From Paecilomyces variotii (lineage: Eukaryota): a stretch of 64,000 nucleotides of DNA. Made by a program: the position numbers and the translations under genes. The notes below the pieces were generated by a model that had not been told where the DNA came from, made no database searches, and saw nothing but the letters and a program-made list of their open reading frames with translations. The stretch lies in the NCBI GenBank assembly GCA_004022145.1, contig RCNU01000006.1; one strand, 5' to 3'. Positions 1 through 15,965 of the stretch are shown in pieces; positions within the stretch are counted from its first letter, which is position 1, and each line of letters begins with the position of its first letter.

Positions 1-254
1 GCACTGTACGCCAGGCACAATTTAGGTCAAAATACACTCTAGAACACCGTTGTGTGAACCTGTTGTGTCCCAAACATTAACATCATGAATGTCTAGGTGT
101 TAATCTAACACTTTTCCCCGTCCCCCCAACCTCTTCCCGCTTCGTAAAACAGGTATGTCTATGGCATGGTAGGAACGTCCCGTCTAACATCTCGTGCTTT
201 AAGCAGATACATAATACCACCGCAAATATATCTCGCGAACGCTGTACGTCCCGT

Positions 255-1424
255 TTAGAAGCAGAAGACCTGGTCCTCGAGCTTGCTGACGGGGCGAGCC
301 TTGGTGTAGCCGAGGGACTCGGTTGCCTTCTTCATAGCACTGACCATGGGAGGAGGACCGCAGAGAAGGATCTTGATGTCACTAGCCGGGGCGGGGAGAC
401 GCTCCTGTGAAGAAAATTAGTATCAATACGGATGTACAATGACCACGAGAAAACGAACCTTGATCATATCCGCAGTAACGAAACCAACACCACCGTTCCA
501 GCCCTCGGGCGGGTTGTTCAGCACGTAGTACACACGGAAGCCGTCGTCCTCCTGTGCCAGAGCGTCCAGTTCGTCCTTGAGCAAGATATCCTCCGGGTTG
601 ACGTTGGCAAAGATCAGGTCAACCTGGGTGGTGTCGTTGCCTCCGTTGCGGGGTCTGTTACGGATGATGGCCTTGATGACCTGGAGCATGGGGGTGATAC
701 CGGTACCACCAGCGATCATACCAATGTGTCTGCACATGTTGGGGGTGTAGACCATGGCTCCCTTGGGTCCGCGCACCTTCATCTTATCTCCGATCTTCAT
801 GTTGGCCAGGTACCTGGAGATATTGCCCTGGGGGTATTCCTTGACCAGCAGATCGAAGTAACCGGCCTCATTGTCAGAGGAGATAGGGGTGTACGAGCGC
901 ACAACCTCCTTGGGGTTTCCGGCGATCGTAGCAGCGAGAGAGATGTGCTGGCCGATGGGCAGTCCCAGGATGTCCGTGGGACGCGGAAGGGCGAAGCGGT
1001 AGATAGCGACATTGTGCGAGACGAGGGTCTTCTCCTTGAGCGGGAACTCCTGGAACTCATTGGGGGTGAGCACCTTGCGCGGGCCTAGATCATTCAGAGG
1101 TCGATGTTAGCTTTGCGGGCTGCCGAGAGATAATGCGACAGCGCAGTGCAGAGCAGGCATTGGGGGTTGAGAAAGCACATACGGTTGCTAACCACCTTCC
1201 AGGCAGACAGAGCAGCTGCCAGCGCAACGGCAAAAGGGACCCATTCCTTCTTCACGATCGTGGTGCCCACGACAAGAAGCACGGAGGGGATGATGACCCC
1301 GGTGATATTCTCGGTGGAGAAGAGTCCGCTAGATTCGATGAAGCAACTGTGTCAGCATCGCAAAGTTGAGAATAGCGTACACAGCGTAGTAAACCATCAC
1401 TGGCAGAAGGAGAACATACCTCAT
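255..1424 (-). CDS. cbr1: NADH-cytochrome b5 reductase 1 (4 exons: ~1420-1424, 1183-1328, 459-1084, 255-404)
   Basis: FAD-binding RSYTP, VRGPKG, NADH-binding [12 protein letters not shown]-terminal CGPPPM..DQVFCF; N-terminal membrane anchor; GT..AG introns join in frame. Confidence 0.93.
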
Positions 1425-1794
1425 CTTGACTGACTACCTGCGAGGCAAGCAACGATGCTGGGAGGGCACAAGGGCAGGTCGTGTGCTTTCGGGGGTTGAG
1501 GAGAAGCTCTCGCTTTTTAAAGTCGCTCCGTTCTGTCACGGCGCTGACGGGCGGCGAGCGGGAAGCGAGTACCCTTACTGGTAAAGTTACGCGATCGTGA
1601 CCGTAAGTTACGGCTCCCCGCGAAATGACTGAATGGAAGGAAGTAATAATAATTAACCGCTGTTCGTGATTCACTATTTGCAACTGCTGTCCTTTGTCTA
1701 CTCAGATTGATCTTCCATTCAAATTCTATAGACCTTCTCCTGGCTGGTGTATTTTAGTTTATACATATCCCAAGACGATCCACCGCAGAACAAA

Positions 1795-2757
1795 ATGGGG
1801 ACAATTTCCCCCAACAGCCCGGCGCCCTTCAACCTCACCGCGGTTGACCGCCAGATACTCTCCATGACCGACGAGGAATTCGTCCCTCACAACTGGGAGA
1901 ATCTGAAGGAACTGATCGGTATGTAGACACATAAGTTCCATTACATATTTAGAGCCATATGTCTACCCCCCAAAAAATCCATACTGCGAATTTGGAAAGA
2001 GCGTTCTCCGTGCTTCCTCAACCCCTCATGACAGATGGACAATACATATACCTATGCCTAACTTATCCGTTCTCCGAAATATATTAAACTCACACTCCGT
2101 TCCCCGCATTATTCTACAGCCCGCAATGCCCTTGATGAACTCAAGCGGAAACCATCCGATCTGCGCCGATATATGGCCTGGAGCAGCGACACCAAAGCTG
2201 TCTATGGCTCGATAACCAACTATATCTGCCAGGAGCGTCTGCGGTGGCATGAGCCGGAGCAACAGGCCAACCCGGCTGAAGAAGAAAACGGCGCCAGAAA
2301 CAAGAATGGGGGCGTCCCAACAACAGCAACAGCAACAGCAGCAGCAACGGTTTCGGCTACTGCGACGGCTGACAGCAGACCCGTGATTCCATACAAGAAC
2401 CCCGTTCCATTTGCCGATCCCGAGGATTACCGTGTTCTGCGGAATGACTGGCCCTATGGCCTCGCACCCGGGATCACCCATCTGGTCGTCTGGCTGAAGA
2501 CTCCTGTGGCTGTCAAGTCAGAGGACGGGGACGTCACGGATGAGAGCCGGTCGCTCATTGAGAATTTCGTGCAGCGCACATTTGTCGACAGGCTGAAACG
2601 CGCTGGCTTTGCGAACCCGAAGGAGCAGGTGCTGTGGTTCAAGAATCCGGTCGGGTTGCAGAGTGTGAGGGCGCTGGAGCATGTTCATGTTCTTGTAAGA
2701 GATGTGCCTGATGAAATTATCGAAGAATGGACGGGCGAAAGGATGGAGCGCCATTAA
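1795..2757 (+). CDS. GIG1/DUF3605 family protein (N-acetylglucosamine-induced protein-like), 2 exons
   Basis: Exon 1 MGTISPNS..FVPHNWENLKELI, intron ~1919-2119; motifs LRNDWPYG, HLVVWLK, WFKNPVGLQSVRALEHVHVL typical of this family. Confidence 0.8.
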
Positions 2758-3224
2758 AGATTGATGACGATTATGATGAATGATTATGCATGCTACTAGG
2801 GGTTCATAGTGAGACTCTAGACAGATCATATTATAGAGTATGTACATATAGACAGTTTTGCTGTTATCTACACGGGAACAATATATTTCACGTCATAGAA
2901 ATCGAAATGCAAGGTTAGTTCAAAGATACAGATGCCATAGATTGCTTAGTTAAGTACTTCTGGATGACTACCCAACTTTCAGTTGCAATTAATGGCATAT
3001 GAATTTTCAAAGCATATACACAGGTCCCCATCAACCGCAAATAACTAGCATTCCGTAGCGATCATTAAAAACAACTAATCCCCAGGGAACACCGTAGATA
3101 ACCTCAAGCCAGCCAAGCAGCCATCAAATAGCAACAGCAAGCAGAACTTCGAACAGATGGTATCCCGTACAAAACAAGAAGCATAGAGTCCCCACAGGCG
3201 TTGTACATGTGCGAAACTCCCGTA

Positions 3225-7039
<3,815 letters not shown>

Positions 7040-7219
7040 CTTGACGAGGCTACGCGCAGCGCGAGTAAAGTACCTAGGAAAATCACAACATCACCAGAAA
7101 GGATTATATCCCCTGGTAGTTAGTAAACAAGGAGATGGTACCCCCGTAGACGGGGTGAGTGAGCTGCTGAGAGACGAGACAAGCTGTGGTGCTTTGCGAC
7201 CGAGTAGAGCGAACTCTTT

Positions 7220-7253
7220 ACGCGTGGTCTGGCGCATCTTGTCGTTCACGCGT
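7220..7253. promoter_or_regulatory. Two MCB (ACGCGT) elements in the sudA/sudD divergent promoter
   Basis: ACGCGT at 7220-7225 and 7248-7253, about 200 bp upstream of the SMC3 start; cohesin genes are classic MBF targets in yeasts. Confidence 0.55.
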
Positions 7254-7421
7254 GTCGGCCGCACTTGACCAAAAAAGGCCCGCGGGGCTTTCCTCTAGGC
7301 GGTGAGTCCGAAATTATCATTCTGCCGCACTACTTTCCGCATCACTAGAAGTGACTTTTTCAACGCCTCCGGGTCCTCATTTTGTCCTTTTGACAACATC
7401 TTGTCTCCTCAGACTTCCACA

Positions 7422-9137
7422 ATGGCTTCAGCTGGCGGAGAGACCCGGGCTGCCGGTATTGCTGATGGCCAGGCGCCTACACACACATTTGTCCCTAACC
7501 AGGGCTATCTGAACTCTGCAGACAGCCCCGCCGCCGCGGGGCAGGACAACACAGAGGTCCAAGAAGACGGCGAAGAGGACGAGGATGAGTACTACGACGA
7601 CATTTTCGAAGACGATATTGACGCGGACGAGTTCGTCTCTGCGAACCCTGCAGACTTCACAAAATCCTACAACCGTCAGCGGCGCATAAATGAACTGTCG
7701 CAAGATCCTACTGTCCCCAAGTGGCAATATCCAAAGACGAACCCCCAGAAACCTACGGTCAACACGCTCGCTTCCGTGGATGACCAGATATCGTCTCTGT
7801 CGCGACATGCAGCCAAGATTCGTCTGGATGACAAGCAGTCGGGGTTGGGTGGCCGTGGTGAGCGTAACGTCGATAAGAGCGACAGAGCCACTTCGGAACA
7901 AGTGTTGGATCCACGAACGCGGATGATTCTGCTGCAGATGATCAACAGGAACATTGTGTCGGAAATCAACGGATGTCTCTCCACTGGAAAGGAGGCGAAT
8001 GTCTACCACGCTGTATCATTCCCGGATGACGAGGAGTCTGCGCCCGTTCAGCGCGCGATCAAAGTCTACAAGACCAGTATTCTTGTCTTCAAGGACCGAG
8101 ACAAGTATGTTACTGGAGAGTTCCGTTTCAGACAGGGATACAACAAGAGCAACAACCGAGCCATGGTGAAGGTCTGGGCAGAAAAGGAGATGCGAAACCT
8201 GCGACGTATCCACGCTGCTGGCATTCCCAGCCCAGAGCCTCTCTATCTCCGACTACACGTCCTCGTTATGGGCTTCCTCGGAAATTCCAAGGGTGTCCCA
8301 TCCCCGCGACTGAAGGACGTCCAATTCGATATTCCAGACCCCGAGACTAAGTGGCGATCGCTGTACATCGAGCTACTGGGCTACATGAGGACAATGTACC
8401 AAACATGCAGACTCGTCCACGCTGATTTGAGTGAATACAACATCCTATACCACAACGACAAGCTGTACATCATTGATGTCAGTCAGAGTGTGGAACACGA
8501 TCACCCTCGTAGTTTCGAGTTCCTCCGAATGGACATCAAGAATGTTAGCGATTTCTTCACTCGAAAGGGTGTGCACGCGTTGTCTGAACGGACTGTCTTC
8601 GAATTTATCACGTCGGCTGAAGGCCCGACTACTACACCGGAATCAAACGAGCAGATGACTGAGACCATCGAGAAATTGTTCGCTCATCGAGCCGACAATG
8701 ATGAGCAGGATGCTGCTGGTGAGGATGAGGTGGAAACCGCCGTGTTCCGTCAGCAGTATATCCCACAGACACTCGAGCAGGTCTACGACGTGGAGCGGGA
8801 CGCAGAAAAGCTTCGTACCGGCGAAGGAGACGACCTCGTCTACCGAGACCTGCTGGCGCAGAAGAAGAATACCTCCGACGATATCGCAGCCGAAGTGAAG
8901 TCAGATGAGCAGTCTGATCAGAGTGGTGGCGTCTCCGTCTCCGGTTCTGAATCCGACTCGGATGGAGAGTTGGATCCCTTCGAGAAGAAACAACCTCGCG
9001 GCAAGCGCTTCGAGGACAAGGACGCCAAGCGTGAACACAAGCGTCAAGTGAAGGAAGAGAAGCGTGAGCAGAGAGCTAAGAAGATGCCGAAGCATCTGAA
9101 GAAGAAGCTCGTCAGCCAGTCCTCCAAGAAGCGCTGA
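7422..9137 (+). CDS. sudD: RIO1 family serine/threonine kinase
   Basis: STGKEANVYH, AIKVYKTSILVFKDRDKYV, LVHADLSEYN, IIDVSQSVE; Lys-rich C-terminus; single exon. Confidence 0.95.
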   Translation: MASAGGETRAAGIADGQAPTHTFVPNQGYLNSADSPAAAGQDNTEVQEDGEEDEDEYYDDIFEDDIDADEFVSANPADFTKSYNRQRRINELSQDPTVPKWQYPKTNPQKPTVNTLASVDDQISSLSRHAAKIRLDDKQSGLGGRGERNVDKSDRATSEQVLDPRTRMILLQMINRNIVSEINGCLSTGKEANVYHAVSFPDDEESAPVQRAIKVYKTSILVFKDRDKYVTGEFRFRQGYNKSNNRAMVKVWAEKEMRNLRRIHAAGIPSPEPLYLRLHVLVMGFLGNSKGVPSPRLKDVQFDIPDPETKWRSLYIELLGYMRTMYQTCRLVHADLSEYNILYHNDKLYIIDVSQSVEHDHPRSFEFLRMDIKNVSDFFTRKGVHALSERTVFEFITSAEGPTTTPESNEQMTETIEKLFAHRADNDEQDAAGEDEVETAVFRQQYIPQTLEQVYDVERDAEKLRTGEGDDLVYRDLLAQKKNTSDDIAAEVKSDEQSDQSGGVSVSGSESDSDGELDPFEKKQPRGKRFEDKDAKREHKRQVKEEKREQRAKKMPKHLKKKLVSQSSKKR

Positions 9138-9967
9138 ATAGCTGCATCCGTTCCGGTTCATTTCTTTGTTTATAGTCTGGCCATCTTAAGCGGCGTTATG
9201 GTTGATTGTGATCTTCTTTTTTCCCTTCAATCGAATGTTACGAAATGCATGACCGAAATATCGAATTGACGTGTTCATCTTGATGGTTGGATATATATCT
9301 CATACGGTATAGAAAAGTTGCTTAAGAATATATAAATATCCTGCCGGTTCAAGTCGCAGTCTACAAATTTAAATAATTCTAAGACTCATCAAGATAACGT
9401 CATGTGATGTCACATAAATTTATAGGAGTAATATATATATTTATATATCAACCACTGCACAACCCATCAGAGCTCTCTTTGATCTTCATCTCAACCGCCA
9501 ATTACCGATATCCATGGGAATACAAGAGAAGCAAAAGTTCGTGCTTACGTCTCGAGACGCTAGATTCGGGTTCGGGAGTATGCATCCTGCTTTGTTCGCT
9601 GCATTCCTGTGGACACGGACACGGACGGATGATAAGTTTCATTGAAACATTATGAAAGTTTCGTCATTTGGGGTGTGCCAGCGGTGGGCTAGTGAGTAAC
9701 ATCATTAAATTTGGTCATGAATATAGAATGGAGAATGTAATTGAAGTGGAAGTCGTATTAAACGGTGAATGATCAAAATGGAAAACCTTTCATCTGGTTC
9801 ATCTCCCGAAGCTGTCAAGAGGAAAAAACAAGTAGTGGTCCTGGATGCAGAGGCGAGGTAAGATGGTAAAATAGATATGGTTGGTATTCCCGAAGTATAT
9901 GTTAAACAGACTAGTACCTGTGAACGCCATGCTGGCCTTGAAAAGAGCAAGTCATAAAGTGAGGAAA

Positions 9968-11587
9968 TCATAGCGTGGTAGCCTTAGCTCGTGCCTTGAG
10001 TCGTGTGATTGCTTCCTCGACAACTTGTTTGGGAAGGCTGGGGATGTAGTCGCCGTCGTCGGGCTCCGCTGTTTCTGGACCCTCCTCACCAGGGTGTGCG
10101 GCCTGGTCGTCTAGCCTACCTCCTGAGATTCTAACGAACTCTACTCTCATAGGCTCTCTCCCGACACCTGGCCAGATGTCGGATGGGAGATAGTCACCCT
10201 GTTCGACTCTGAAAGCCTCGCGAGCATTGACATCCTCTTCGTAGAGTTGGTCGAGTTTTGCCCTGGCTTCGCGCAGTATCTTTTCCACGCCTTGTCGTAC
10301 GTGCTTCCGTCGCGAAACCTCTAGGATGAGCCCGTCGTAGGCATCCAAGAATCCCAGATATAGGGAGCGAAGGTCGGAAATATCATTCATTCCAGCCCTG
10401 ATCCGTTCATGTTCTTCGCCCCAAACGCGAGCGAAATGATGGGCCTGAGCGATGTAGTTTGGTAGGCGAGTAGAAGCAAGTGACGAGAGATGCTCGAAGA
10501 TACCGGTTGTTGCGTTAGACACTGTGAGAATTGCATCTCGCTGGGCAAGCAAGGTCTCCAAAATAGATTCCATATCTCCAATATGCTCTTGGATCTCCAG
10601 TACTACATCCTCGGCCTCTGCAGCATCTTTGGTAAGAACGTTGAGCATCTCTTCGTACTCAGAGTTCGAAAGCGGCTCTAGCGCAGAATTGGAATTCACA
10701 TCACCGCCATCTTCTATCTCGTCACCGACGCGGACACCCACATTGACACCATTCGGAATGTCTCCCGTGATCGACCGGGCCGCAGCACCACCACCTTCAG
10801 TATGCTTTACGGCCGTAACGCATAGGTCGAAATGTCTCACGAGAGATTCCAAAAGGTCTGCCATCTCCTGCGCGTGCGACTCCAGAGAGCGCAGCATGGC
10901 TGGCATCGCAGCCGGAGAAGGTAGGGTGGCATTTGAATTGACTGAAGATGACGAGGAGGTAGGAGAGCGTGATGATGCTAGCTTGGTTGCAACCCGATAT
11001 CGCTCCAGGGCTTGTTGGATATGCCGCAATTCATCGTCGAACGCATAGTTGGATTCATCCAGCTGGGCCTGGGCCGCATTAATATGATCTATTGATCCCT
11101 TGAGAGCTACCTGCAGTTCTTCTACACCACGCTCGTCCACAAAGTCATGCAGGCTTTTCGGTTCTTCTCCTTCTGGACGGAATGCGGCATGGACAATAGT
11201 GTCCCGTAGTGTGTTCAAGGTCTCCCTGAGACGCGCATCAGCAGCGTCCAGCTCTTTTAGTACGGCCTCAAACTCTGCACGACCTCGATGAGATACCTCC
11301 TCGACCTCCGCACGCACACCATAGAGGAGCCGGAGCTGGTTGTTCAACCCACGGCGCAGGAATCCTGTGCGGGCTGATACCACGACGCTTTCCTCCAGGG
11401 CGGAGCGTGCTGTCGTCACTATCTCATTGGCCCGCCATACGTGATTGATCGAAGAGAGCGATCTTTTAGCCGCGACGAGATGAGACACCAAAGTCTCCAG
11501 CTGCGGCTTCGGACCTGCCTGGTCCTGGTCGAGTCCGCTATCATGGCCGGCCGCGCTGGAACCCGAGGACGACTGGGATGATGCCAT
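9968..11587 (-). CDS. atg17: Autophagy protein Atg17
   Basis: 539-aa helical protein with KSLHDFVDE, LLESLVRHFDLC, YDGLILEVSRR, GDYLPSDIWPG motifs characteristic of fungal Atg17. Confidence 0.88.
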   Translation of the reverse strand: MASSQSSSGSSAAGHDSGLDQDQAGPKPQLETLVSHLVAAKRSLSSINHVWRANEIVTTARSALEESVVVSARTGFLRRGLNNQLRLLYGVRAEVEEVSHRGRAEFEAVLKELDAADARLRETLNTLRDTIVHAAFRPEGEEPKSLHDFVDERGVEELQVALKGSIDHINAAQAQLDESNYAFDDELRHIQQALERYRVATKLASSRSPTSSSSSVNSNATLPSPAAMPAMLRSLESHAQEMADLLESLVRHFDLCVTAVKHTEGGGAAARSITGDIPNGVNVGVRVGDEIEDGGDVNSNSALEPLSNSEYEEMLNVLTKDAAEAEDVVLEIQEHIGDMESILETLLAQRDAILTVSNATTGIFEHLSSLASTRLPNYIAQAHHFARVWGEEHERIRAGMNDISDLRSLYLGFLDAYDGLILEVSRRKHVRQGVEKILREARAKLDQLYEEDVNAREAFRVEQGDYLPSDIWPGVGREPMRVEFVRISGGRLDDQAAHPGEEGPETAEPDDGDYIPSLPKQVVEEAITRLKARAKATTL

Positions 11588-12541
11588 GTCTCACCACTAT
11601 ACGTCTAATGATCTATGGATATGTTAGTTATAGCATAACAGAAGCCCCTTTTTGAGAGTAGCAGATGGCGCCAATCTACGGAACCGCGGAGGTGTAATAG
11701 TAAGAAAGACGCAAACAGCATGCCAATACTGGTTCAACTGGTAGAAAGATAGTGCATGAATGGTGCCACACCCCTGCAGAAAGCCAATCAGTTGTTAGGC
11801 CGGCCTGCTGGGCTGAGCTCGAAACATCTTTCATGCTTCCGTGTGTTGGATTCCCCGATAGGGCTAGTTGCCAATGTCCCAGGCGTCATCCATGGGCAAT
11901 GAAACAGGGATGGTTCAGGGCAGATACAGATTCAATCGAGAACAAAGGCAATACGGGTGGATCATAGTGGAAGATGGATCGTTCCGTGAGACGGGCGGGA
12001 ACTGCTGAGAGCGCCAGGATAGTCTGGATGGCACAAGAATATCCGACATGACGATATCGCCGGACCCTGTTACCCAACAGCGCGATATCATGGACTGCGG
12101 AGTCTTGGAAGTTCCAGACCATAGTGGAATGGGGGACAGAATGTGTAGAGGCCAACAGAGGTAGAACTGGAAACCACGAACCTTCCCTGGCGTTCGCTAG
12201 GATCCTGTATCAGAGCTTCCGCAGCTGTCATTTCAGCCTTTCCACTATCTCGGGAGGCGTGGCTTGATGATTTTCTGGAGAGACTGAGAAAGCCAGAGTG
12301 CCGGATTGCTAGACACCAATGTGTCGGGAAACTGCGGTGAACTGGATCGACCAAACCGCGGGGGATCGTCCATAGGCCCAGGGAGCTATCCCAACGGAGA
12401 CATCACGAAGTGGAGAGCGCAAGTTGACCTTGGAGACAATCCAGACGACAGCGCAGTGTGATTGGAAGCGACAGCACAATAGACTGAGATAGATATGAAC
12501 TAGTTGGCAGAAGTTCACGATAACTGCTAGATAACTGCTAG

Positions 12542-12581
12542 ATGGTGCCACGAGAGCGCGCGATGACGAGCGAGCACGTGA
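12542..12581. promoter_or_regulatory. Candidate sulfur-regulon sites upstream of sconB (CYS-3/MetR-like ATGGTGCCAC and Cbf1-like TCACGTG)
   Basis: ATGGTGCCAC at 12542-12551 is a 9/10 match to ATGRYRYCAT; CACGTGA at 12575-12581. Confidence 0.4.
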
Positions 12582-13140
12582 TGGTCCCCGAAGGCTCGGA
12601 CCGCCCAAAACGGTTTAGCGCATGCCGCCACAGCGATCACGCCAGAAGCGCAGCGTTCGTCGTCAGTGAAAGAGAAACAGACAGACCGAAGAGAAGAAGA
12701 GAAGAAGAGAAGAACAAGAGAGAGTCAGTCGAACACTCATGCCATATTATCATCACGCATAGCTGGTGACTCGTCGACGACGCAATCGCTCTATTGCACC
12801 ATCGCTGTGGTTTATTTAATCTTTCTCAACGGCAGAGTGTTTATATCTATCTGCCTTTCGTCTTCGTCCTTAACTAACCGCTCGTTCGTCTCCAAGTATT
12901 CACCCCGTGACCTTTAATCGCCTCCCACCCCCGGACCTCGGGGTCCTCACACAGCAATTTTACACCACCACTCCTTCTGCATATAAGGCTACGAGTCATT
13001 CTCAATTCGTGGCCTTGTCTCTGGAGACTCTGTTCTGTTGAGCACGACTGTTCACATTGTGGAGGAACTACCTCGGGGATTCTATAACCCAACTCGTGCA
13101 GTCATACCATGGTGAAAGCGGGCACCTGACCGCAGGCGCC

Positions 13141-15228
13141 ATGCAACGACACGAACGACACGCAGCTGAAGGGCCATTGCGCCACATGAACGACCACCCC
13201 GATAGCTATTTGAAAAGAGGAATGCGTGCGGAGGACCACAATACTTCTCTCTTTGGCCCAGCACAGCCTGGTGACAACGGAGACGCGGGCTCGGATTCGG
13301 GCGGCCAGGACAACAAGCCCCTGGGGAAGATGCCGGTATCCTCGTCTGCGAAGCTTGCCAACGAAAATATCGCACCGTTCCTAGCCAGACATATTCCTAA
13401 CCAGTACGCGCCCCTCGGATCGGCTTCGGACAACCCCATGGAGGGTGGCAGCGCCAATTCCAGATACTGCTACCGCCACCGACCCGATCTGAAGTGCAGA
13501 CGACAAGCGGACGAGCCATCGATGGACCAGCTCCAACGGGAGCTGGAAACACTGTCACAAGGCGATCAGCAGGGAATCGCCCATGTGTGGTCGCTCTTCT
13601 CGGCCGCTCCAGCCAAACATCGAAATCTGATGCTCCGTGGCATTCTCGCGCAGTGCTGCTTCCCTCAACTCTCCTTCATCTCCGCTACCGTGCGCGACCT
13701 GATAAGGATCGATTTTATCACAGCCCTGCCGCCGGAGATTTCATTCAAGATTCTCTGCTACCTGGACACCCCGTCACTCTGCAAGGCCGCGCAGGTCTCT
13801 CACCGTTGGAGAACCTTGGCGGATGACGATGTGGTGTGGCACCGCATGTGTGAACAACATATCCACCGCAAGTGCAAGAAGTGCGGATGGGGCTTGCCAT
13901 TGCTCGAGAGAAAGCGACTTCGCGCGTCGAAGCGCCAGATCGAATTACGCGCCAGCCAGTGGGGTAACGATGCGTCCACCGATGCGCTTCCTGCGATTGA
14001 AGCAGGCCCGTCTGGAGAGCAGGTGGAAACAGAAGCCTCCAAGACCAGTGACCTGAGCTTGGCGACGAAAAGGAAGTTGGATAACGATGATAACGATGAC
14101 ATTGCAAAACGCCAGCGGTTGTCCTCATCGCCGGAACAGAGAGATGACGACTATTACAAGACTCGATACAGGCCATGGAAGGAAGTGTATAAGGATCGGT
14201 TCAAGGTCGGAACGAATTGGAAATACGGACGGTGTTCCGTCAAGGTGTTTAAGGGTCATACTAATGGTGTCATGTGCCTACAATTTGAGGACAACATCTT
14301 GGCCACTGGTTCCTATGATGCGACTATCAAGATCTGGGATACAGACACGGGAGAGGAGCTCCGCACTCTGAGGGGCCATACCTCCGGAATCCGTTGTCTT
14401 CAATTCGACGACACGAAACTCATCAGTGGCAGTATCGATCGGACCATCAAGGTTTGGAACTGGCGCACAGGCGACTGTATTTCCACCTATACCGGCCACC
14501 GTGGTGGGGTGATTGGGTTGCACTTCGATGCGACGATCCTTGCATCTGCTTCGATGGACAAAACGGTGAAGATCTGGAACTTTGAGGATAAGTCTACATG
14601 CTTGCTCCGTGGACACACAGACTGGGTGAACGCTGTCCGAGTTGATACTGCGTCCCGTACAGTCTTTTCGGCTTCAGATGACTGCACTGTCAGGCTATGG
14701 GATCTAGACTCCAAGAGCTGTATTCGGGTCTTCGAGGGCCATGTCGGGCAAGTTCAACAAGTTGTTCCGTTGCCCCGTGAGTTCGAGTTTGAGGAGCATG
14801 ATGCGGAGTGCGAGAATGATAACAACAGCACTACCTCTGGCGACACTGAAGAGCGACGGGCTAGTTTTGAGCAGCTGACCGATTCTTCTTTCGGCCCTGA
14901 TTTCGACAATGGCAGGCCAGAGCCACCGCGCTACATGCTTACCAGTGCGTTGGATTCCACCATCCGACTGTGGGAGACATCAACAGGTCGATGCCTCCGC
15001 ACATTCTTCGGTCATCTGGAGGGCGTGTGGGCTCTGGCTGCTGACACACTGCGCATCGTCTCCGGTGCTGAAGACCGCATGGTCAAGATCTGGGATCCTC
15101 GCACGGGCAAGTGTGAACGTACCTTTACTGGCCACTCAGGTCCCGTGACCTGTATTGACCTGGGCGATAGCCGCTTTGCTACCGGCAGTGAGGACTGCGA
15201 GGTACGCATGTATAGTTTCCGGAGTTGA
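13141..15228 (+). CDS. sconB: F-box/WD40 sulfur-controller SCF subunit (Met30/SCON-2 orthologue)
   Basis: YCYRHRPD motif, F-box [23 protein letters not shown], multiple GH..WD repeats; start codon choice (13141 vs 13186) uncertain. Confidence 0.93.
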   Translation: MQRHERHAAEGPLRHMNDHPDSYLKRGMRAEDHNTSLFGPAQPGDNGDAGSDSGGQDNKPLGKMPVSSSAKLANENIAPFLARHIPNQYAPLGSASDNPMEGGSANSRYCYRHRPDLKCRRQADEPSMDQLQRELETLSQGDQQGIAHVWSLFSAAPAKHRNLMLRGILAQCCFPQLSFISATVRDLIRIDFITALPPEISFKILCYLDTPSLCKAAQVSHRWRTLADDDVVWHRMCEQHIHRKCKKCGWGLPLLERKRLRASKRQIELRASQWGNDASTDALPAIEAGPSGEQVETEASKTSDLSLATKRKLDNDDNDDIAKRQRLSSSPEQRDDDYYKTRYRPWKEVYKDRFKVGTNWKYGRCSVKVFKGHTNGVMCLQFEDNILATGSYDATIKIWDTDTGEELRTLRGHTSGIRCLQFDDTKLISGSIDRTIKVWNWRTGDCISTYTGHRGGVIGLHFDATILASASMDKTVKIWNFEDKSTCLLRGHTDWVNAVRVDTASRTVFSASDDCTVRLWDLDSKSCIRVFEGHVGQVQQVVPLPREFEFEEHDAECENDNNSTTSGDTEERRASFEQLTDSSFGPDFDNGRPEPPRYMLTSALDSTIRLWETSTGRCLRTFFGHLEGVWALAADTLRIVSGAEDRMVKIWDPRTGKCERTFTGHSGPVTCIDLGDSRFATGSEDCEVRMYSFRS

Positions 15229-15308
15229 TTGGTTTCTTTGTTTTTATTGTATGCGATACCAGGGGCGTTCCGGTTCAACAGCTGCGAACCGAAATAGTCG
15301 CTACGGTG

Positions 15309-15394
15309 ACTTATGTTTGTTCCTCTTTACTCCTGCTGTTTATACCCTTATATCCAAATATTTACAAGGCATGGTATGCGCAGATTGGGAGTGT
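15309..15394 (+). repeat. 86-bp direct repeat, copy A (just 3' of sconB)
   Basis: Ungapped match to 29973-30058 with about 9 mismatches by eye. Confidence 0.9.
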
Positions 15395-15655
15395 CCGTGG
15401 CAGCACTTAAGTTTTTCTGGGAAGAAAATCATCAAGTTATGGTAAACAAGATGCGGGGCGTTTGGGGTTTGAGACAAAATTGTGGTGTTCAGTGGTGCTT
15501 TCTGACCTGTTTTCCGTGTCCCTATATTAGGAAAGCATAATGCATAGAAAATGATATTGATATAATATTCACATCTAATTTTCATAGCCGATGTTATGTT
15601 TATCGCCAAGTGAATTGAACCACATGTCCGACATGATTTCCCTCCACGAGGAAGG

Positions 15656-15965
15656 TCATAGAGATTTACGACGGGCGGTTTCGGCCTTCCGCTCTTCCAT
15701 AAATCCTTTTAAGATTGTCGAAATTTTCTCGATCGCCTTGTGAAATGCGACGCTGGTCAGCCCACCAAGGTGAGGCGTATTGACTTCGTCGCTGGTGAGG
15801 AAATATGGATTGATATTCGGTCCCTCTGGTAATACATTCAAGCCAGCTCGAGCGACCTTGTTCTATCCTAGCGCTTCCATCAAGCTGTGTTCATCAACGA
15901 TGACGCCGCAAGCTGTGTTTATGAGGAAGGCACCATGTTTTATGGCTGAAAAGTCTGCTTGGTAC
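15656..15965 (-). pseudogene. D-isomer-specific 2-hydroxyacid dehydrogenase, C-terminal remnant
   Basis: Frame reads DFSAIKHGAFLINTACGVIVDEHSLMEALG*NKVARAGLNVLPEGP..TPHLGG; in-frame TAG at 15863-15865; the expected N.ARG and LDV motifs are degenerate. Confidence 0.75.

Noticed and set aside
432-1088. 218-aa plus-strand ORF opposite cbr1 (and similar antisense ORFs over sudD, atg17, the dehydrogenase, the helicase and 59321-59881)
   Set aside because: Antisense shadows of codon-biased real genes, with no recognisable motifs
2322-2348. (ACAGCA)n repeat giving poly-Cys or poly-Leu on the minus strand
   Set aside because: It is a coding microsatellite (Thr-Ala) inside the GIG1-like gene; the minus-strand ORFs are artefacts
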